A DNA stretch of 64,000 bases from positions 31,496,001-31,560,000 of the forward strand of contig NC_043001.1 in the NCBI RefSeq assembly GCF_006345805.1, given 5' to 3'. Of this stretch, positions 57,091-64,000 are shown in pieces; position 1 is the first letter of the stretch; every line of letters starts with the position of its first letter. The DNA is from Octopus sinensis. Taxonomy: Eukaryota. The position numbers were made by a program, and so were the translations under genes. Below the pieces are notes generated by a model. That model ran no database searches and was not told the DNA's origin. It worked only from the letters and a program-made list of their open reading frames with translations.

Positions 57091-57280
57091 GTAAATAATA
57101 ATAATAATAACAATGTTTTCAAATTTTGGCACAAGATCAACAATTTCGGTGGGAGGAGTAAGTTGATTACATCAAGCCCCAGTGTTTGACTGGTATTTAT
57201 TTTGTCGCTAAGCATTTTGCCTGACATTCTAACAATTCTGGCAGCTTGCTGCCATAATGATAATAATAATAACAATAATT

Positions 57281-57599
57281 GCGGGATGAGATAGGAAAGT
57301 TATGGGGCATTGAGGAAAGTAATGGTGATACCAGTGGTAATCGGAGCATTGGGAGCAGTTTCCAAGAGCTTTGAAAAACATATTAAGAATACTGGAGCTG
57401 CTGTCAGGCTCGAAGTGATTCAGAAGATAGCATTGTTGGGTACAGCTCGCATTCTAAGGAGAGTATTGTCACTTTGAGTCACAGGAGAAGGCACTACTTG
57501 AAACCTTTGGTTATTTGTTATTGCCTGCTTTCAAGTAAAGAACAGCTGGTAATTAAGAACTATCCGAGAGTCTCTCAGAATAACAATAATAATAACAAT
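57281..57599 (+). mobile_element. 5'-truncated RLE-type (R4/Dong-like) non-LTR retrotransposon in (TAA)n
   Basis: After one frameshift reads RKVMVIPVVIGALGAVSKSFEKHIKNTGAAVRLEVIQKIALLGTARILRRVLSL* (stop 57475-57477); (AAT)n on both sides. Confidence 0.7.
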
Positions 57600-58187
57600 C
57601 CTTTCTACTATAGGCACAAGGCTTGGAATTTTGAGGAAAGGCGGGGGGGGGGGCTAATTAATTACATCAACTCCACTTCTTGACTGGTACTTATTTCATT
57701 GGCCTCCAAAAGGATGGAAAGCAAAATTAACCCTGGTGTAATTTGAACTAAGAATGTCAGATGGACAAAATGCTTCTAAAGCATTTTGCCTGGCATGCTA
57801 ATGATTCTGCTAGCTTGCTGTTTTAATAATAATAATTTCTACAATGGGTACAAGGCATGAAATTTTTTAGGAACGGGGACTAGCCAATTACATCATCCCC
57901 AGTGCTCAATTGGTACATATATCTTTGACATGCTAACAATTCTGCCAGCTCACTAAGATGATGATGATGATGAAAATAATAATAATAACAATGATGATGA
58001 TAATAATGATAATAATAACATAACTCAAATATGTAAAATGCATTGGTTTGAGTAATAGTTGTTTATCTCTACACATATCTACTTAGACGGTCTACAATAA
58101 CAAGAAAGAACAAATGATAAAGAGATGACTAATTACTTTGTATACCATGAGTAATTAACAAAGCATAAAAGAAAAACAAAACGAGGC

Positions 58188-58199
58188 GGTGACGTCACC
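58188..58199. promoter_or_regulatory. Perfect 12-bp palindrome GGTGACGTCACC containing a full CRE (TGACGTCA)
   Basis: Read directly; exact CREB/ATF consensus in a CpG-poor background. Function is inferred. Confidence 0.5.
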
Positions 58200-58340
58200 A
58201 GTGGGATACAAACAATAACATTGTAACCATCACCATACTGGTAGCTGTAAGGTGACAACGCACACACACATGCATGTACACACGCACGCATGCATGCGCA
58301 CACATGTATAAACACAGGCAGATCAATTTACATAATACCA

Positions 58341-58353
58341 GTTGCCTAGCAAC
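58341..58353. promoter_or_regulatory. RFX X-box GTTGCCTAGCAAC
   Basis: Exact match to GTNRCC(N0-3)RGYAAC; lies about 140 bp from the CRE. Function is inferred. Confidence 0.5.
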
Positions 58354-59739
58354 AGTGGGGGCTCTCGGATCACATGTTTATGGTATAAACAAACCAAGAT
58401 ATGTGAGGTAAGTGAAATATAATTAAATGAAAAAAGAAATTGTGCTATAGGTTACACAGCTGTTCTAGTTATGTAATATATAGTTACATTAGTTACATAG
58501 CTGAAAAGTATTTATATACTGGGGAGTTCTTTAATATTTACACTATTGTTATCTATATTCTGAATTTTGCAGTGCTTCACTGTAAGAAAACTGGAGGGGA
58601 AAGCCAGCCTAAGGTTTTAAGGTACAGGCAACTAATAGAGTGCCAGGGGGGTTAGGGTAGGCAGAGGCAGTTGTGGGTTATTTCTGTACTGTTGGTTACT
58701 ACAGCAATAACAGCTCTCAGAATAAGTATACTTTATTACTGAAATACTGAAGAAAAAGGAGTAGTGGTGGTGGTGGTGTTGGTGATGGATCGGGGTGGGA
58801 GGAAACCAAAATACAGGCCTTCCAATTAAACAAAGAGAAAAGAAGGCATTCTTCAGTGAAATACAAGAAGGTTCTGACAGATGTATTTAGATTAAAAAAA
58901 TAAATAAAAAATTGTGAAGAAGGGAAAAGGGGAATTAATCCCCTCCCACCATTTTTTTTTTCAATACAACAGAATAGTTTTTCTATTAATTTTTCAAAAT
59001 TATAAGCGTGTGTGTGTGCAGGGAGAAAGAGAGAGAGAGAGAGAGAATGAAGGAGGAAGAAAGCTAATATTTTAAATGTAAACTGAAGAAGCGGTTTAAT
59101 TAGTTTTAAATTAACAACAAATCTAATAAGAAAAAAACAAAAATAACTAAAACCCCTAAAAACTGTACACTACATCATATCTCCTTTAAGTCAAAGACAA
59201 ACTCGTCTTGTTTCACTTCATTACTGATCTCTCTTATGGCTCTGCATAATCACAAGAAATTGAAAATCTCCTAAAATGGCAAAAAAATTCTAAAAAGATC
59301 CAGATGTTAGGAGAGTTATTTTTAATTTTATAAGTAAATACAGTTTCTTTGTCTATTAAGACCCAAGCATTTTTTAAAAACAAAATGTTAAACAATAGCA
59401 TTCCTACTATTTTTGTAACTTGTGAAAATAGTGCTCCAAAACATCCAGTAGCTTTTGACTTAGAAGGGTTGAAAGAATTTTCTGATTAATGGGAAGACCT
59501 TTTATTTTTACTACAACTGTGCTGAATCAAAGTATCATTAATCACCAATCTGTTTGCCAAAAAAGAAACAGACATGGATTTAACAAATCCCTAGAATAAT
59601 TTCATCAAGAAAACGCAAGTCCCATATCAGAGAGTCTGTGTACAACAAATAGATTTAAGTGTAATTTCTGAGAAAAATTCTTCATAAACACATATTCTCA
59701 AAATATAAACTACTCTTAAACAAGTATCTAACAATATTC

Positions 59740-60130
59740 TTTTCTACTCCTAGGCACAAGGCCTGAAATTTTGGGCGAGGAGGTCAGTCAATTAGGCCGA
59801 CCCTAGTATGCAGCTAGTACTTAATTTATCGACTCTGAAAGGATGGAAGGCAAAGTTGACCTCGGCGGAATTTGAATCAGAACGTAAAGAAAGACAAAAT
59901 ATGGCTAAGCATTTCACCTGGAGTGCTAACGTTTCTGCCAGCTTGCCGCCTTTTAAAATAATCTTTTCTACTCTAGGCACAAGACTCGAAATTTTGGGGG
60001 AGAGGGCCAGTCGATTAGATTGACCCCAGTATGAAACTGGTACATAATTTATCAGCCCTGAAAGGATGAAAGGCAAAGTCGACCTCGGCGGAATTTGAAC
60101 TCAGACCGTAGTGACGGGCGAAATACTGCT
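59740..60130 (-). mobile_element. Two tandem family-2 SINE copies
   Basis: ttttctactc.taggcacaag...gacctcggcggaatttgaa repeated at ~59740 and ~59965. Confidence 0.8.
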
Positions 60131-60531
60131 AATTATTTTAAGTATTTCAATAATATGAAGAGTTAGTAATGTATTCAGTCGGAAACTTGACTGCAACATA
60201 AGGTCGTGGTATATGATCTAAGTAGTGAAGTAACAGAAAGAAAGGTTTTTCTCAACTTGAGCATCAACAATAGAAAAGGGCTATCGTTCAATAGCTGATA
60301 TTCTTCTCTTATAAACCTGTGTTTATTTCTCTCTCTCTCTCTCTCTCTCACTCTTACATCCACACAACTGTGTTAACTCAACACCTCCCACTCAAGATAT
60401 AAATGAGTCATTAAGTGTTAAGATAACCATATTTAGAGAATTTTCTTTAGAGATTTTAATCTATGAGACAAGGTTAACCTCTTTAATGTTCAAAACTAGT
60501 TATTAACCACAAATTAAAGTTTCTCTCACAT

Positions 60532-60532
<1 letters not shown>

Positions 60533-60572
<40 letters not shown>
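60533..60572. repeat. (GA)n microsatellite
   Basis: Near-perfect run. Confidence 0.9.
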
Positions 60573-60574
<2 letters not shown>

Positions 60575-61868
60575 GGCTTATTTCATCTTAGCTACTAATA
60601 GTGATGGTCTGAGAGTATAGATGGCCAAGTGGCATACAGCACTGAAGTGGTTCATAAATAACCGAACAACTTGTCTCTCCAAGAACTGGCAGTAGTTATT
60701 GACTAGTTTTATATTTCCCACAGTGAGATGTGTTCAGTTCCTCCTGTATGTATTAGCTTGCAGATGAATTAGCTTTGCCAGGTTAATTTACCTGAGACAA
60801 AAATGAAGACAAAATAAGGTTTTAGTTGGTGCCACTGTGAGCCAATTATTTTTAATATATCTTTTAGACAAGAACAAAGAGTACCTATGACTCTCTGTAG
60901 AGCTTCTGAGAATAGTGGGAGTGAGAGAAGAAGGTATTCTCAAACTCAAAACCTGACATACATGTTTGCAACAGAGTGGAATCTGTTAAAGGCACCTAAG
61001 GTGTCAGATGGTGGTGTTAAACTGGGCGAAGGACCAAGTCTACCACCCAAGTAGGCCATAGTTGGATTTAAACTCAGAACACATTAAATCAGTTCAAATA
61101 CCACAAGGCATCTAGTCCACTGTTCTTTCAGTTTTGCCAGTTCACCGTATATTTCATTCTTAATTGACTTCAGAAAGATGAAAATCAAAGTTGATGACCT
61201 CAGTGAGGTTTTTATCTAGAAAGCAGAGTCAGATGAGAAAGACCATGAAACATTCTATTTGGCTGTTTCATGACTACCAATGGTTTATTTATCTTCCACA
61301 AGGCAGGGTATCTCAGTTGATGTTAAAAACCCAACTTGACTGAAGGTTTTTATATTATAGTAAACAGATTAATACTCAACACAGGTGAGTAAAAGTGATA
61401 TTGCAATAGAAGTAGCCTCATCATCACCATCATCTTCATTTGATGTCTGTTTTTCCGTGCTGGCATGGGTTGGATCCAGCAAGCTGTAGGGCTACACCAA
61501 TTTCCAGTGTCAGCTTTGACAAGGTTTTTATGGCTGGATGCCCTTCATAATGCAAACCAGTTTACAGAGTGTACTGGGTGCCTTTTCTTGTGTCACAGGC
61601 ACCAGTAAGGTTGCCGAGTAACTTGCAAGACAGAAAAAAGAGGATAAAAAAAAAAGAAAGAAAAACAGGGCAAAAAGGAAAAGCCTACATAATAGTAAAT
61701 ATTTTCAAATGGTTTCATAAACAACACACAACACCGAGTAACAAGTTTCAAGTCTATGATGTTTATTCCATTCCAGGTTGAAGTGATTTTACTTCATTTT
61801 TGATGCTAATATTTCGTTTTTGGATTTGGCTTGCAAGATTCTTTATACGAGTTCATGTGTTGAAGCAT

Positions 61869-62035
61869 ATTCTGTTGTGCCTGGAGAGAGTCATTTTCTT
61901 TTTGTGCTTTATAATGTAACACACTCACCGGCAACAAAAATTTTAGGAAAATAAAAATAAGTGGAAATTTTACCGGTGAGTGTGTTACATTATAAGGCAC
62001 AAAAAGAAAATGACTCTCCCCAGACACAACAGAAT
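61869..62035. repeat. 63-bp inverted repeat (3 mismatches), 41-bp spacer
   Basis: Arms 61869-61931 and 61973-62035 aligned by hand. Confidence 0.9.
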
Positions 62036-62739
62036 TTGATGTTAATGTTTGTGAGAAAGGCAGGAATTGTATGTACAGTACCCCTTTTTATCTGTTCTAT
62101 CACAAATCAGTTAAAAATGTTCAAGTCATCATTGTCATACATCTATCCATCTTCTGTATTGACAGAAGCTGGCAAACCAGAGAATTGCACCAAACTCTAT
62201 TGTCTTGTTTTGGCATGATTTTTACAGCCGGATGCCTTTCCTAAGGCCAACCTCTTTACAGAATGAACTGGGTGTTTTTTATGTGACACCTAACAAATAT
62301 ATAAATGTTTTATGTACTTGATTGTATTAATTAAAGCTTATACGATGATGGCGCCATGTAAAAACCACCCAGTACACTCTGTAAAGTGGCTGGCATTAGA
62401 AAGGGCATCCAGCTATAGAAACCAAGCCAAAAACAGACTATGAAACCTAGTGCAGCCACTGGCCTTGCTAGTTCCTGTCAAGCTGTCCAACCCATGCCAG
62501 CATGGAAAAATGGACGTTAAATGTTGATATGAACAAATGAGGGAGCTGCTACATTTCTACATAAGAAATCAATATTCATAATTGGTAGAAGAGATAGAGT
62601 ACAGGATTAAATGCATTGTTCTAAGTGTTTGTATCACTTATCAATGCTCTGGAATTAATAAAAAGTGTAACATTAATAAACTGAGGCTGATTCACATGAT
62701 TATGCCACTCTTTTGTTTTTAACATAATAAAATAAAAAT

Positions 62740-62970
62740 AAGTGCGCCTTTTTAAAGCCTAGCCAGGCTCACGGGCCCGCTTTCCTTGTTTCAATGGCAT
62801 ATGTGTTCACCCGCTGGATGGGACACCAGTCCATCACAGCGTTACTCATTTTTGCCAACATGAAATAAAGTGCTTTGCTCAAGAACACAACGCGTCGCCC
62901 GGTCCAGGAATCGAAACCACAATCTTACATTCATGATGCTGACACGCTAACCACTAAGCCACGTGCCTCC
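62740..62970 (-). mobile_element. tRNA-derived SINE (family 3)
   Basis: Homologous to 52590-52843. Confidence 0.75.
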
Positions 62971-63043
62971 ACTTTTAACATAATATCTATTATTATTATT
63001 AAGGTGGCAAGCTGGCAGAGTCATAAGCACACTAGACAAACTA

Positions 63044-63609
63044 TTGGGTTGTCCAGAAAGTTCGTGCCGATTTATAGTAGCTTACCTTTCAACTTATTTT
63101 AGAACATGGTTGAGTCCATAAAATAAGATTTGACTACACCTCCATTTAGAGCACAGTTTAAGCTATCTTTTCGTGGAAGAAGGTTTATGTTCCTTATAAC
63201 CTGTGTTAATTCTGTAACCCTTTAAAATGGAAGATAAGAAAGTTCATTTTCGGCACTTGAGGCTTTGGGAACCAGACAAAAATTGCTGCAGCTCGGCTGG
63301 GATGTGTTACCCAACCCTCCATATTCACCAGATATTGCTCCTTCGGATTTTCACTTATTCAGGTCTCTGCAGAATAGTCGTAATGGTAAAAATTTTAATT
63401 CCTTGGATACGTAAAAAGACACCTTGATGAATTCTTTGCCATGAAACCACCTCAATCCTGGGAAGAGGGTATTTTCAAGTTAAAGGAAAGATAGAGACAC
63501 ATTGTGCAACAAAATGATTCATATTTGGTTGATTAAAAATGCAACGGCAAGTATTTATTGACCTTTTTCTTTCCTTTAAAAATCGGCATGAACTTTCCAG
63601 ACAACCTAA
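63044..63609 (+). mobile_element. Mariner deletion derivative (566 bp) inserted in a family-2 SINE
   Basis: TIR TT(G/A)GGTTGTC(C/T)(A/G)GAAAGTTC(G/A)TGCCGATTT with TA TSD; MEDKKVHFRHL fused to RQKLLQLGWDVLPNPPYSPDIAPSDFHLFRSLQN; SINE head continues on both sides. Confidence 0.9.
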
Positions 63610-64000
63610 TACTTAGCAGCATTTCATCTGTCTTTATGTACTGAGTTCAATTTCTGCTGAGGTTACCTTTGCCTTTCATCCACTTAGGGTCAATAAAATA
63701 AGTACAGGTTGAGCACTGGGGTTAAAAGCAATAGACTAACCTTTTCCCACCAAATTTTAGGCCGTGTGCCTAGAGTAGAAAGGATTATTATTATTATTAA
63801 GGGAGCAAGCTGGCAGAATCATTAGCGCAGAGGACAAAATGCTTTGCAGCTTTTCTTTTGGCTTTGCGTTCTGAGTTCAAATGTAGCCAAGGTTGAATTT
63901 GTCTTTTATTCTTTCAGTGTTGATAAAATAAGTACGAGTTGAGCCTTGGGGTTGATGTAATCAACTAGACCCCGTCTCATCATCATCATTGTTTGACTGT

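Noticed and set aside
58199-58244. Candidate upstream minus-strand exon (ccttacag|CTAC...CTG|gtgacg)
   Set aside because: Donor is weak, and the open frames end in phase 0 or 2, incompatible with the phase-1 acceptor at 46272 as a coding exon; a UTR role cannot be tested here.
58640-58805. G-rich runs including GGGTTAGGG
   Set aside because: Only a single telomere-like unit and mostly two-tier G-runs; not enough to call a G4 or interstitial telomere.

Overview
AT-rich, intron-dominated eukaryotic DNA. The repeat content (tRNA-derived SINEs, RTE LINE tails) resembles an Octopus genome; this is inferred from recognition, not from a database search. The only protein-coding gene I can support is a class I DYRK kinase (DYRK1A/minibrain orthologue) on the minus strand. 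Seven exons are recoverable with canonical GT-AG boundaries and a consistent frame: 46272-45980, 35578-35384, 32622-32475, 16236-15950, 13126-12980, 11241-11101 and 10551-10269. The 13126-12980 activation-loop exon is not in the supplied ORF track. Together they encode the N-terminus, NLS, DH box, complete kinase domain and the start of the PEST-like region (about 487 codons from the first in-frame ATG). The C-terminal exon(s) appear to lie left of position 1, and the transcription start is unresolved. The rest is intron or upstream sequence filled with SINEs, RTE/CR1/Tx1/RLE LINE fragments, mariner deletion derivatives and piggyBac-, Tigger-, hAT- and Ginger-like MITEs. The most interesting observations are a compact CRE + purine/pyrimidine tract + RFX X-box module about 12 kb upstream of the first coding exon, several long near-perfect inverted repeats in the pre-mRNA, a young Ginger-like fold-back MITE, and a LINE with twin-priming-type 5' inversion architecture. 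I found no CRISPR array, rRNA, bona fide tRNA or clearly novel multi-gene system. Repeat boundaries are approximate unless a TSD or TIR is quoted.
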